This document shows positions 17,044-27,117 of a DNA stretch of 64,000 bases, one piece after another. The stretch is from the NCBI GenBank assembly GCA_023485685.1, contig JAMCZK010000054.1, positions 2,440 through 66,439 of the forward strand, read 5' to 3'. This DNA is from Chloroflexota bacterium (GTDB lineage Bacteria > Chloroflexota > Anaerolineae > Anaerolineales > UBA11579). The position numbers and the translations under genes were made by a program. A model generated the notes under the pieces. That model worked only from the letters and a program-made list of their open reading frames with translations, made no database searches and was not told the DNA's origin. How positions within the stretch are numbered: position 1 is the first letter of the stretch; every line of letters starts with the position of its first letter.

Positions 17044-20000
17044 ATGCTATTAGCCTCCTTCAAGGGGCAAGACCCTCTCAAATCCAAGGATTTAACGAGA
17101 GGCGGTGAGTCGCGGCGCCAGGACGCAAGCGGCGCCGAAGGCAACCACACCGAGGAACTGGCAGCCTTGGCTCTGGCTGGCGCCAGTATTGTGTCCAGCC
17201 TGGAGCTGGGCAAGGTGTTGCAGGTCGTGGCGCAGCAATTCGCCAACCTGCTGGACGTGCAAGTTTGTATCCTGGCGGATTGGCGGCCCAATCCCGGGGG
17301 CATCAAAGCCCACACCACATTCGTCAATCCCAGGGCCCCCAAGTTGCCACGCGGGTACAAGCCAAGCTCGCTGGCCGAAAGTTTGGGGTTGACTCAGGTC
17401 GTTGAGCAGACCCGGCCAGTACAAAAACGCTCAGACGACCCGCTGCTCCCGGAGAAAGAAAAGCGGGCATTCAAGAAGACAGGCATTACCAGCCTGCTAC
17501 TCTTGCCATTGATCGCCCAGAGCAAGACCACGGGTCTGGTGGAATTACAGGACACGCGCGGGCCGCGCGATTTCAGCGAGCGGGAAATCTATTTGGCGCA
17601 GACCTTGTGCCAGCAGGCAGCGATCGCAATTGAAAACGCCAGACTATTCGAAGCTACTAGACGTCAGCTGCAGGAACTCACCCTGCTGCACCAGGTTTCC
17701 ATGGCGGCCACCGAAGCCACCAACGAAGACGAACTGATTGAAAGAGCCACCCAATTGATCCATGAGAACTTTTACACGGACAATTTCGGCATCCTGCTTC
17801 TTGAGAAAGATGGCACGGAGTTACATGAGCATCCGTCTTACAAATCCGGAAAGCTCCAGGGGAGGCTCACCATCCCCCTAGGCCGGGGCGTTACCGGCCA
17901 AGTCGCGTCTTTAGGCGTGTCGCTAAGGGTGGGTGATACGCGCAAAGACGCGAACTATTTAAATTACGATGCAGACTCTTTATCGGAGCTCTGCGTCCCG
18001 CTGAAAATTGGCGGTCGCGTGATCGGCGTGGCGAATGCCGAAAGCAAGAAGCTGAACCATTTCACGGAAAAAGACGAGCGTCTGTTGCTCACACTGGCCG
18101 GGCAGTTGGCCAGCGGCATCGAACGGCTGCGGAATGCCGCTGCCGAGCGCCAGCGGGCCAAGCAGCTTGGGGTCCTCAACAAGCTGGCCGGCGAAATGAG
18201 CGGAGTGCTGGACCGCGAGAAGCTGTTCAAGGTCGTGGTCGAGCGGCTGAACAAAGAAATGAATTACGTTTCGACCGACATTTCGCGCGTGGATGAAGAA
18301 AGCCGCGAGTATGTGGTTGAAGCGGTCAGCGGCACGTTTGCCCCGCTTGTCTCCAAAGAAGGCTACCGGCAGTCCTTCGGCGTCGGCCTGCTGGATATCG
18401 CCGCCAAATCCGGCGAGCCAGTCGTAGCCAATAACGTGCACGAACAACCGAATTACAAATTAGTGGCCGGTCACGAGATGATCAATTCCGAATTGATTAT
18501 CCCCATCAAGATTTACAAACGGGTGGTCGCGCTGCTGAACATTGAAAGCAACGAATTGAACGCCTTCGATAAATATGAAGTGACCGCGTTGACCACTCTT
18601 TGTGATCAGATCTCGATAGCCCTGGAAGGCATCAGCCTGTTTGATTCGACGCGACGCCAATTGCAAGAGCTGACCGTCTTGCACGCAATTACCCACGCGG
18701 CCGTGAATGCGAAGGATGAGGATGACCTGCTTGAGCGCGCCACGGAGATCATCGGCGCCAGCATCTATCCAGATCAATTCGGCTTCCTGATGCTGGATGA
18801 GGATGCGCAATTCCTGACGGTGAACCGCTGCTATCGGGGTGTAAACGGCGAATTGCACGGACGCAAATTCGCTGTCTCGCAGGGCATCGCCGGGCAGGTG
18901 GCCGCTACCGGGAAACCCTGGCGGGTTCCCGACGTGAGCAAAGAGCCTAATTATTTCCTGGTGAATCCGTCCATGCGCTCAGAACTCTGTGTGCCCATCC
19001 TGGGGAATGGGAACCGGGTGCTGGGCGTGATCAACGCCGAGAGCGGTCAACTCGACGCGTTCACGGAAGCGGACATGCGCCTGCTGAATACAATCGCGGG
19101 GCAACTGGGCACTGCCATTGAGAAATTGCGCCTATTTGAATCGGAACAGAAGCAACGTGAGCAGTCAGAGACCCTGCGCGAAGTTGCCGCCATCCTGGGA
19201 AGCGCAACCGATAGCTCGCGGGTGCTCGACTTGATCCTGGATCAACTCAAGCGCGTGGTGCCTTTCGATAGCGCATCCGTCCAGATCCTCAAAGAGGATA
19301 GCCTAAGCATTCGCGCAGTTGCCGGAACCCTTGACCCATCAATCATCGGATACGAATTGCCCATCAAAGACGATAAGCTCGCTCACCCCATGCTTTATGA
19401 GCACCGCACTGTATTGTATGAAGATATCGCCAATCATCCGGATTGGCTGCACGCACCGGGAGTCTCCGGCGTCAAATCCTGGATCGGCGCACCCCTGATT
19501 GTGCGCGGTGAATGCATCGGCGTGCTCACCGTGGATGGGTATGAAGCCCACCAATTCAGTGCGGCCGACGCCCAGTTGGTCTCCTCCTTCGCCATTCATG
19601 CGGGTATTGCATTGGAAAACGCGCGGTTACTCGAAGAAGCCGAGGACGCCTACGTGCAGACAGTTAGCGCGCTGGCCAGCGCCATCGACCTACGCGACAG
19701 CTACACCAGCGGCCACAGCCAGCGACTGGCCGATCTAGCCGTCAGGATTGGACAGCAAATGGGCTGCGAGGACGAAGAACTCGAGGCGATTCGTTGGGGA
19801 GCGCTGCTGCACGACATCGGCAAGATTGGTGTTCCGGATGATATCCTGCGGAAGCCCAGCTCCCTGGAAAGCCACGAAATGGAGATTATGCGTCAGCATC
19901 CGGAAATCGGGGCGAGAATCGTGGAACGGGTGAAGAACCTGACCGCAGTAGCGCCCATCATTCGCGCCCACCAGGAGCGCTTCGATGGGACCGGCTACCC

Positions 20001-20196
20001 AGACGGTCTACGCGCCAACGCCATCCCCAAGATTGCCCGCATAATCAGCGTTGCGGATGCCTACGTGGCGATGACTGATGAGCGCGTCTACCGCAAAGCC
20101 CGCAGCCATGAGGCAGCACTAACCGAAATCCGGCGTTGCGGCGGGACTCAATTTGATCCGGCTGTGGTGGACGCTTTCCTAAAGACATTTAGTTAG
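17044..20196 (+). CDS. Multi-GAF (about 4) HD-GYP protein, probable c-di-GMP phosphodiesterase
   Basis: 1050 aa. Repeated GAF modules are separated by ENARLFE..RRQLQELT(L/V)LH linkers. C-terminal HD-GYP motifs HSQRLADLA, LLHDIGKIGVPD, HQERFDGTGYPDGL. No obvious RBS at 17044, so the start is uncertain. Confidence 0.88.
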   Translation: MLLASFKGQDPLKSKDLTRGGESRRQDASGAEGNHTEELAALALAGASIVSSLELGKVLQVVAQQFANLLDVQVCILADWRPNPGGIKAHTTFVNPRAPKLPRGYKPSSLAESLGLTQVVEQTRPVQKRSDDPLLPEKEKRAFKKTGITSLLLLPLIAQSKTTGLVELQDTRGPRDFSEREIYLAQTLCQQAAIAIENARLFEATRRQLQELTLLHQVSMAATEATNEDELIERATQLIHENFYTDNFGILLLEKDGTELHEHPSYKSGKLQGRLTIPLGRGVTGQVASLGVSLRVGDTRKDANYLNYDADSLSELCVPLKIGGRVIGVANAESKKLNHFTEKDERLLLTLAGQLASGIERLRNAAAERQRAKQLGVLNKLAGEMSGVLDREKLFKVVVERLNKEMNYVSTDISRVDEESREYVVEAVSGTFAPLVSKEGYRQSFGVGLLDIAAKSGEPVVANNVHEQPNYKLVAGHEMINSELIIPIKIYKRVVALLNIESNELNAFDKYEVTALTTLCDQISIALEGISLFDSTRRQLQELTVLHAITHAAVNAKDEDDLLERATEIIGASIYPDQFGFLMLDEDAQFLTVNRCYRGVNGELHGRKFAVSQGIAGQVAATGKPWRVPDVSKEPNYFLVNPSMRSELCVPILGNGNRVLGVINAESGQLDAFTEADMRLLNTIAGQLGTAIEKLRLFESEQKQREQSETLREVAAILGSATDSSRVLDLILDQLKRVVPFDSASVQILKEDSLSIRAVAGTLDPSIIGYELPIKDDKLAHPMLYEHRTVLYEDIANHPDWLHAPGVSGVKSWIGAPLIVRGECIGVLTVDGYEAHQFSAADAQLVSSFAIHAGIALENARLLEEAEDAYVQTVSALASAIDLRDSYTSGHSQRLADLAVRIGQQMGCEDEELEAIRWGALLHDIGKIGVPDDILRKPSSLESHEMEIMRQHPEIGARIVERVKNLTAVAPIIRAHQERFDGTGYPDGLRANAIPKIARIISVADAYVAMTDERVYRKARSHEAALTEIRRCGGTQFDPAVVDAFLKTFS

Positions 20197-20205
20197 TTCC
20201 CCTAT

Positions 20206-21228
20206 TTACACAATCAGCATTGCATCACCAAAGGAGTAAAAGCGATACCCATTGGCCATGGCCTCACGATAGGTCTCCAGGATTAGTTCGCGGCCGGCAA
20301 AGGCGCTGACTAACATCAATAACGTTGAGCGGGGCAAATGGAAGTTGGTTAATAGCGCATCAACCACTCTGAACTCGAATCCAGGCAAGATAAAGAGATC
20401 CGTTCGGCCTTCAAACGGCATGACGGCCTTGCCGCCAACCGCCAGCCGGGCTGCAGTTTCCAATACTCGCACAGAGGTGGTACCCACGGCAATCACCCGC
20501 CCGCCGGAACGTTTTGTCCTGTTCACAACCTCGGCTGCTTCGACAGAGAGCCGGCACCATTCGTTGTGAATTTTGTGTTGGTGCGGGTCTTCCTCATTCA
20601 CCGGAGCAAAGGTATCCAGACCAATATGCAGAGTCAATTCTGTGACCCGTATTCCCTTGTCCTTAAAAAGATGAAATTGTCTTTGTGTGAAATGCAGACC
20701 AGCAGTTGGCGCGGCAGCGGAACCAGATTCCCGAGCATACACGGTCTGATAACGTTCAGGGTCGGCCAGAGGAGTATGAATATAAGGCGGTAAAGGGATG
20801 CGGCCGAAAGACTTCAAACCAGAATCGATCGCGGCGTCAAAAGCGATCATGCGTTGGGGCCCGCCCAAATCTTCGATAATTTCACCGTTTGTACCATTTT
20901 CCAATTTCAGTTTCGTGCCCATATGCAGGCCCTTTCCCCCGACTAAAGTTTTCCATCTATTCCCGCCACCTTTTTCCAGTAGAAGCAATTCGACTTTTCC
21001 CCCGCTCGGGATTTTTTTCGCAAACAAGCGGGCAGGCACCACCCGACTGCGATTGACAACCAGCAGGTCGCCTGTGTTCAGAACATTGGGCAAATCCCCG
21101 AAGAAACGATGTTGCCGAGATCCGGCGCTTCGATCCAGAACCAATAATCTGGAGGCGTCGCGCGGCTCGATCGGCTCCTGCGCGATAAGTTCAGGCGGAA
21201 GATCGTAGTCGAAATCCGAAGTCTTCAA
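20206..21228 (-). CDS. queA: S-adenosylmethionine:tRNA ribosyltransferase-isomerase
   Basis: 340 aa. DFDYDLPPELIAQEPIEPRD N-terminus, TAGLHFT, FYSFGDAMLI C-terminus. Confidence 0.95.
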   Translation of the reverse strand: MKTSDFDYDLPPELIAQEPIEPRDASRLLVLDRSAGSRQHRFFGDLPNVLNTGDLLVVNRSRVVPARLFAKKIPSGGKVELLLLEKGGGNRWKTLVGGKGLHMGTKLKLENGTNGEIIEDLGGPQRMIAFDAAIDSGLKSFGRIPLPPYIHTPLADPERYQTVYARESGSAAAPTAGLHFTQRQFHLFKDKGIRVTELTLHIGLDTFAPVNEEDPHQHKIHNEWCRLSVEAAEVVNRTKRSGGRVIAVGTTSVRVLETAARLAVGGKAVMPFEGRTDLFILPGFEFRVVDALLTNFHLPRSTLLMLVSAFAGRELILETYREAMANGYRFYSFGDAMLIV

Positions 21229-21237
21229 GGATACGTA

Positions 21238-21462
21238 TTAGCGAAAGAAACGACCAAGAAGGTTCAAGACGATCGTCAAGAGCAGAGACAACAAGATGCT
21301 GGTTGCGATCGGAACGAGGCAGGTGATCTGGCCAGAATCAAGGCGCAGGTCGCCTGGCAAGCGACCCAGGGGAAGTCCTAAGCGGGGCAACGGGACGAGC
21401 AATCCACCGACAACAAGAAGGATTAAACCGAGTGCAATAAGGATGCGTCCGAAATCTGGCAT
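21238..21462 (-). CDS. Small membrane protein, DUF2905-like
   Basis: 74 aa, two hydrophobic helices flanking GRLPGDLRLDSG. Sits directly between ruvB and queA, as DUF2905 genes often do. Confidence 0.65.
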   Translation of the reverse strand: MPDFGRILIALGLILLVVGGLLVPLPRLGLPLGRLPGDLRLDSGQITCLVPIATSILLSLLLTIVLNLLGRFFR

Positions 21463-21464
21463 GG

Positions 21465-22493
21465 CTAGAATAATGTAGGCGCCAGGCTTTCCCCAGGATA
21501 TGGCAAGTCTAAATGAGCGCAGGCCTGAGGCGTAGCCACTCGTCCTTGCGAGCGGCGCTCCAGGAAGCCAAGCTGCATGAGGTAGGGTTCCACCACATCC
21601 ATGATAGTGTCCGCTTCCTCGCTCACTGAGGCAGCAATGGTGTTCAAGCCCACTGGACCACCGCCGTATTTCTCGATGATAGCTCGCAGCACGCGGCGGT
21701 CTAACTCATCCAGGCCAAGTTCGTCTACCTCGAGCAGATTCAGCGCTTCATTCGCCATATCCTTGGTGATCACACCAGTACCGCGCACATCGGCATAGTC
21801 CCTCACGCGGCGCAACAAGCGCAAAGCCACACGCGGTGTGCCGCGCGTGCGCCTCGCAATGAGTTCCAGGCTGCCGTTGGCAACCTGCATCCCGAGCTGC
21901 CCGCTGGCGCGCTCGAGGATGGCGAGCATATCGGTATTCCCGTAATAGTCGAGTCGAAACGTGGCTCCGAAGCGGGCCCGCAACGGAGAAGTAAGTAAAG
22001 CCAGGCGAGTTGTGGCTCCAATGACAGTGAGACGCGGCAGCATGAGTCGAATCGCCCGTGCCGAAGGCCCTTTGCCAATGACAATATCCAGGGCGAAATC
22101 CTCCATGGCGGGATATAAGACCTCTTCCACTGCTTTCCCGAGGCGATGGATCTCATCGATGAATAAGACATCCCCTTGATTGAGATTGCTCAGAATGGCG
22201 GCCAGGTCGCCCTGACGCTCGATGGCTGGTCCCGACGTGACTTTGATATTCACCCCCATCTCGTTGGCGAGGATGTGGGCCAGTGTGGTTTTGCCAAGGC
22301 CGGGAGGTCCATAAAACAAAACATGGTCCAGCGGTTCTCCCCGTTGGCGTGCGGCAGCAACCAGGATCGCCAGATTCTGTTTCACTTTCTCCTGGCCGAT
22401 CAGCTCATCCAGCGTGCGCGGGCGCAGAGCTGGCTCGAATTTGTCTTCGGCCCTGGGTAACGGGTCCATGATGCGAGGTTTGGTGGACATCAA
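21465..22493 (-). CDS. ruvB: Holliday junction branch-migration helicase RuvB
   Basis: 342 aa. Walker [12 protein letters not shown], Walker [26 protein letters not shown]. Confidence 0.95.
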   Translation of the reverse strand: MMSTKPRIMDPLPRAEDKFEPALRPRTLDELIGQEKVKQNLAILVAAARQRGEPLDHVLFYGPPGLGKTTLAHILANEMGVNIKVTSGPAIERQGDLAAILSNLNQGDVLFIDEIHRLGKAVEEVLYPAMEDFALDIVIGKGPSARAIRLMLPRLTVIGATTRLALLTSPLRARFGATFRLDYYGNTDMLAILERASGQLGMQVANGSLELIARRTRGTPRVALRLLRRVRDYADVRGTGVITKDMANEALNLLEVDELGLDELDRRVLRAIIEKYGGGPVGLNTIAASVSEEADTIMDVVEPYLMQLGFLERRSQGRVATPQACAHLDLPYPGESLAPTLF

Positions 22494-22595
22494 AGTGATT
22501 ATACATGCCTGCCCGAGTGAGCCGCTTGGGGCGACGAGGGAAGCGATTTTTCGACCCCTGGCTGGACTATAATGCCCAAAATCTCTGGAGAATCT

Positions 22596-23222
22596 ATGGC
22601 CTCAGTTCACGCCTCCACCCATCCGCTGGTCCTCCACAAGTTAACTATCCTGCGTGATAAAAATACCGAGCCGCGCAAGTTCCGCGAGCTGGTGCGCGAG
22701 ATCAGTACTCTGCTGACTTACGAGGCGACCGCGGATTTGATGACGGAACCTAAAGAAGTCGACACGCCGATGGGCAAAGCCAAAGGACGCGCCACCAAAG
22801 AAAACATTGGATTGGTGCCTATCTTACGCGCCGGCCTGGGCATGGTGGATGGGGTTTGGGACCTGCTGCCCGACGCACAGGTTTGGCACATTGGCCTTTA
22901 CCGGGATGAGAAGACGCTGCAGCCCGTGCAGTATTACAACAAGCTGCCCACCTTACCCACAGTTGGCGTGTGTCTGGTCCTGGATCCAATGCTGGCAACT
23001 GGCGGCTCGGCAGTTGCCACGGTGACGATCCTCAAAGACTGGGGCGTGAAGAAGATCAAATACGTCGGTATCATCGGCGCACCGGAAGGCATCCAGCACT
23101 TGAGCCGGGCCCATCCTGATGTGCCCATTTTCCTGGGAGCGATCGACGATCACCTGAACGAAATCGGTCACATCGTTCCCGGCTTGGGGGACGCAGGCGA
23201 CCGCCAGTTCGGCACGGGATAA
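22596..23222 (+). CDS. upp: Uracil phosphoribosyltransferase
   Basis: GGAGA RBS before the ATG at 22596 ([16 protein letters not shown]). Motifs [33 protein letters not shown]. Confidence 0.95.
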   Translation: MASVHASTHPLVLHKLTILRDKNTEPRKFRELVREISTLLTYEATADLMTEPKEVDTPMGKAKGRATKENIGLVPILRAGLGMVDGVWDLLPDAQVWHIGLYRDEKTLQPVQYYNKLPTLPTVGVCLVLDPMLATGGSAVATVTILKDWGVKKIKYVGIIGAPEGIQHLSRAHPDVPIFLGAIDDHLNEIGHIVPGLGDAGDRQFGTG

Positions 23223-23307
23223 ATTTTTCTAACAATTCTGTTAGTGGAGGGGCCGATACATTGCTTCTTTGTTAGTGTAAACTCTTTCAGACAGCCTACA
23301 AGATCTT

Positions 23308-24693
23308 ATGGTACCTGTAAAAAAGAGAAGGCGTAAATCCGTTTCATCTAGCTCCGAAACAAAGAACCTTCGTTCTAAACTAGCGCGCCTGGAAAAGAAG
23401 TACACCCGGATCGTAATGGAAAAAAATTTCCTGGAACGCGCCATGGGGGACCTGAATTTCCATAACAATGCCCACGACGGCGTGGTCTATACCGATGCCA
23501 AGGACAATATCATCTACGCGAATCCTTACTTCCTGCAGATGATGGGATTAAAGAACAAAACGGAAGTATTGGACCATCCCTTCCCCGACTATATGTGGAA
23601 CAACGCATCAGAAGCACAGCGCCTTTTCAAAGACATAAAAAACACCGGCTTCGTGCGCGAACGCGAAATGGCTCTCCACAACCGAGAAGGGCAGCCGGTG
23701 TTTGCCATGTGTTCCGGGGTGGTTAGCAAAGACAAGGATGGTTCCATCCTTGGCACGGAAATCATGTTTTGCAACATCACCAGCAAACGCAGTTTCCAGG
23801 CAGAACTGGTGGAGCAACATGCGCTCCTGGACGCCATGCTGCAGAGCACGCCTGACCCGGTTTTGGTGCTTAATCCTGCACTGGATATCAAGCGCAGCAA
23901 TCCGGCTGCGGAAAAATTGTTAGGTGCGAGGGAAGAAAGCGGAAAGCCGAATTTAATTACGCTCCTGTCTGAGACCGACCTGCAAAAGGAAGTTCTGCAA
24001 GGGCTCGAAGCCAATTTCCTCGGTGAAAACAGCTTCAACGCGGAAATCAGGATCAAAGAGGGGCATTTCGATCTGAACGCCGCGCCGCTCAAGTCGGTAC
24101 AGAAGGGCTGGGTGTGCGTGCTGCACGATATTACCGCGCGCAAACACACGCAGGACATGCTGCAGCACCACGCTTTCCACGATGTGCTGACCCAGGTACC
24201 CAACCGGGCCTACTTCATCGATTCCCTGCAACGCGCCAACCTGCGAGGCAAGACGGAACCTGATTACCGGTTTGCCATTCTTTTTATAGACGTGGATGGG
24301 TTGAAGTCATTCAACGACCGTTATGGCCATCACGTGGGCGATGAACTGCTGATTAATTTCGCGCGCAGATTGGAAACGAGCATCCGACCCGGGGACCTGC
24401 TGGCGCGCCTCGGAGGAGACGAATTTGCCATATTACTGGATGGTGTGAAGGATGAAAGTAGCGCGGCGATCATTGCCTCACGTATACAAAAAGCATTGAT
24501 CCAACCTTACGAACTTGGTGACGAAAAGGATGCGCGCACCACAGCCAGCATCGGCATTACGCTCAGCGGTCCATCGTCCGCAAATGTCGACGCGTTGCTG
24601 CGAAACGCGGACAAAGCCATGTACCACGTCAAGGAAAGGGGCGGCAATAGTTTTGAAGTCTTCAGCGAGGAATTATTGGCGAAGATAAATTAA
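23308..24693 (+). CDS. PAS-domain diguanylate cyclase (GGDEF)
   Basis: 461 aa. Two PAS-like segments, then HDVLTQVPNRAYF and RLGGDEFAILL (GGDEF active site). The start may be further downstream. Confidence 0.9.
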   Translation: MVPVKKRRRKSVSSSSETKNLRSKLARLEKKYTRIVMEKNFLERAMGDLNFHNNAHDGVVYTDAKDNIIYANPYFLQMMGLKNKTEVLDHPFPDYMWNNASEAQRLFKDIKNTGFVREREMALHNREGQPVFAMCSGVVSKDKDGSILGTEIMFCNITSKRSFQAELVEQHALLDAMLQSTPDPVLVLNPALDIKRSNPAAEKLLGAREESGKPNLITLLSETDLQKEVLQGLEANFLGENSFNAEIRIKEGHFDLNAAPLKSVQKGWVCVLHDITARKHTQDMLQHHAFHDVLTQVPNRAYFIDSLQRANLRGKTEPDYRFAILFIDVDGLKSFNDRYGHHVGDELLINFARRLETSIRPGDLLARLGGDEFAILLDGVKDESSAAIIASRIQKALIQPYELGDEKDARTTASIGITLSGPSSANVDALLRNADKAMYHVKERGGNSFEVFSEELLAKIN

Positions 24694-24720
24694 TTTTGAC
24701 GAGTACACAAGTACATTAGT

Positions 24721-24776
24721 AAATAAGTACACTGGGCCTTGTTTACTTATTTACTAGTCTACTAGTGTACTTATTT
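24721..24776. terminator. AT-rich 13-bp inverted repeat between convergent genes (possible bidirectional terminator)
   Basis: AAATAAGTACACT (24721-24733) is the exact reverse complement of AGTGTACTTATTT (24764-24776). The right arm overlaps the stop of the SRPBCC gene. AGTACA motifs recur nearby. Confidence 0.4.
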
Positions 24777-25157
24777 GAAGTATTCTTTCATCGGGTCAAA
24801 ATAACTATCCACCCAGCCCTGTCGATAAATTTCTCCATGCGGGGGCAAGTTGGTGTGGCGCAAAATAAGTTTTGTGCCTTGCTTAGCCGGCTTAAAAATC
24901 ACTTCGATTTGTGAATCTTCCTCATCATCGGCAAACTCAGATGTGCGCCATGCCTGGACGATAAGCTTGCCGGGTTCCAATTTTAGATTCCTACCCAGAA
25001 TGTAACCATCCCAGGCTTCGAATTCTTCACCGACTTTGGCGCTGACCCTGGCCTTGGCGCCGGTCATTTTCGAGTGCGCCTTCGAATCCAGCCAGGCATC
25101 GTAGACTTCCTGCGGCGGGCGAGGAATAATGGTCGATACTTCGAATTCAAGCGCCAT
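24771..25157 (-). CDS. SRPBCC/AHSA1 (START-like) domain protein
   Basis: 128 aa. N-terminal pattern EVSTIIPRPPQEVYDAWLDSKAHSKMTG and C-terminus GWVDSYFDPMKEYF are typical of the Aha1/BPI-like SRPBCC family. Confidence 0.75.
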   Translation of the reverse strand: MALEFEVSTIIPRPPQEVYDAWLDSKAHSKMTGAKARVSAKVGEEFEAWDGYILGRNLKLEPGKLIVQAWRTSEFADDEEDSQIEVIFKPAKQGTKLILRHTNLPPHGEIYRQGWVDSYFDPMKEYFK

Positions 25158-25165
25158 CTCAGCTC

Positions 25166-25933
25166 CTAGCGTGCCGGCATCGCCGCCCGTGCAATTTCCA
25201 CGAATTCTTTCGCCTTCAGACTGGCGCCGCCCACCAGAGCCCCATCGATCTCTGGCTGGGCGAAGAAGGGTGCTGCATTGGCGGCGTTCACCGAACCTCC
25301 ATACAGCACACGTAGTCCCTGTGCGATCTCATCGCTGAAGAGGCCGGCGAGGGTTGGCCGCACCACATTGCGCAATAAGGCATTGGTATTCTCAGGAGTC
25401 GCTGCCTTTCCAGTCCCGATGGCCCACACAGGTTCATAGGCAATCACCAGCGCCAAGGCTGAGTTAATCCGTAGGCCTTCAAGGGCTGTGCGCAGTTGGC
25501 TGGAGATGACTTCTGCGGCTCGGCCGGCTTCGTTTTGTTCGAGTGTTTCCCCCACGCAAAGAATAGGGCGCAAACCTGCGGCCAAGGCAGCCGTTGCCTT
25601 CTTGTGAACCTCGAGATCGGTCTCATGAAATAAAGTACGCCGCTCGGAGTGGCCCAGGATGACATATTGGCAGAATTCGGCCACCATGGCTGCAGATAGT
25701 TCGCCGGTGTAAGCGCCTTCTTTCTCCCAATAGAGGTTTTGGGCGCCCAGGCCGATGCCGGTGCCATCCAATACTGCCTGTAAAGGCATCAGGCTGGAAG
25801 CAGGGGGGCAGAGTACCTTTTCCACGCCTTTGATAGCCATCAAAGCAGCTGACATTTCCTCGACCAGGCGCAAAGCCTCGGCCGCGGTTTTGTTCATCTT
25901 CCAGTTACCGGCTACTAGTGGAGTGCGTGCCAT
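25166..25933 (-). CDS. tpiA: Triosephosphate isomerase
   Basis: True start is the ATG at 25933 (MARTPLVAGNWKMNKT), 1 nt after the pgk stop. Motifs ILGHSERR and AYEPVWAIGTG. The longer ORF to 26191 overlaps pgk and is rejected. Confidence 0.95.
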   Translation of the reverse strand: MARTPLVAGNWKMNKTAAEALRLVEEMSAALMAIKGVEKVLCPPASSLMPLQAVLDGTGIGLGAQNLYWEKEGAYTGELSAAMVAEFCQYVILGHSERRTLFHETDLEVHKKATAALAAGLRPILCVGETLEQNEAGRAAEVISSQLRTALEGLRINSALALVIAYEPVWAIGTGKAATPENTNALLRNVVRPTLAGLFSDEIAQGLRVLYGGSVNAANAAPFFAQPEIDGALVGGASLKAKEFVEIARAAMPAR

Positions 25934-25934
25934 G

Positions 25935-27110
25935 TTATTTGTCCTGCAGGGCGGCCAGTCCGGGCAGCAACTTGCCTTCGAGCATCTCCAGCGATGCGCC
26001 GCCGCCCGTGGATATGTGCGTGATCTTGTCCGCCAATCCAGATTGTTGCAGCGCGGAGACTGAGTCACCGCCGCCCACGATGCTATCCGCTTTAGATTCG
26101 GCGACCGCTTTGGCCAGGGCAAAAGTTCCCTTGGCAAACGGCTCCATCTCGAAGACGCCCATGGGGCCATTCCACACCACGGTGCCCGCAACCGCTACCA
26201 GGTCGCTGAAAGCTTTTACGGTTTCCGGGCCAATATCCATCACGCGCCACCCCGCGGGAACGTCGCCCACAGCAATAGTTTTATGTTTAGCAGCGGCTGC
26301 AAACCCATCGGCAATTACGAAATCGGTAGGAAGGTGCAACTTGCCCTTCCCTTCGGTTTGGAGAGATTTCGCGGTATCCACGGCGTCCGCCTCTACCAGC
26401 GAATCGGCCATATCTTTGCCCTGCGCCTTGAAAAAAGTATTCGCCATCCCTCCCCCAATGAGTACGGTGTCCGCCTTGGCCAGCAGGTTGCGGATCACAT
26501 CGATTTTGTCGCTGACTTTAGCACCGCCCAGAATAGCGATAAACGGGTGCCTTGGATCAGCCAGCATTTGGCCAAGATAGCGAATTTCCTTTTCCATCAA
26601 AAAACCAGCCACCGCAGGCAGGTAATGCGCCACGCCTTCAGTCGAAGCGTGAGCGCGGTGCGCGGACCCAAAGGCGTCGTTCACGTAGAAATCTGCCAGC
26701 CTAGCCAGCGCCTTGGACATCTCGGGATCATTCTTCGTCTCGCCAGGATAGAAGCGCGTGTTCTCGAGAAGCAGAATTTCGCCGGGCTTCAAGGCCTTAG
26801 CTGCCGCCTCCGCTTTGGGACCGATACATTCTTCCACGAACTTCACCGGGGCCTTGATCAGCCTCCCCAGATGATCAGCCACCGGTCGAAGGGAGTATTT
26901 GGGATCGGGCTTGTCCTTTGGCCGCCCCAGGTGCGAGCACAGGACAATCGCCGCCCCGCTATCCAGCAAATACTGGATGGTGGGCAGCGCGGCGCGGATG
27001 CGCGTGTCATCCTGCACCACACCGTTTTCGATGGGCACGTTGAAATCCACGCGTACCAATATCCGCTTGCCCTGCAGATCGATGTCGCGAATCGTTTTTT
27101 TATTGAACAT
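25935..27110 (-). CDS. pgk: Phosphoglycerate kinase
   Basis: 391 aa. Motifs [34 protein letters not shown]. Confidence 0.95.
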   Translation of the reverse strand: MFNKKTIRDIDLQGKRILVRVDFNVPIENGVVQDDTRIRAALPTIQYLLDSGAAIVLCSHLGRPKDKPDPKYSLRPVADHLGRLIKAPVKFVEECIGPKAEAAAKALKPGEILLLENTRFYPGETKNDPEMSKALARLADFYVNDAFGSAHRAHASTEGVAHYLPAVAGFLMEKEIRYLGQMLADPRHPFIAILGGAKVSDKIDVIRNLLAKADTVLIGGGMANTFFKAQGKDMADSLVEADAVDTAKSLQTEGKGKLHLPTDFVIADGFAAAAKHKTIAVGDVPAGWRVMDIGPETVKAFSDLVAVAGTVVWNGPMGVFEMEPFAKGTFALAKAVAESKADSIVGGGDSVSALQQSGLADKITHISTGGGASLEMLEGKLLPGLAALQDK

Positions 27111-27117
27111 GCGCTTC

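Noticed and set aside
16129-17360. Minus-strand ORFs 16129..16449 (106 aa) and 16719..17360 (213 aa) overlap the duplicated module.
   Set aside because: They are antisense shadows of the plus-strand genes. Their shared sequence merely mirrors the 315-bp repeat. They have no RBS and no recognisable domain.
25934-26191. An N-terminal 86-aa extension of the tpiA ORF (track ORF 25166..26191).
   Set aside because: The extension overlaps the 3' end of pgk in another frame and has no TIM homology. The canonical MARTPLVAGNWKMN start lies 1 nt after the pgk stop.
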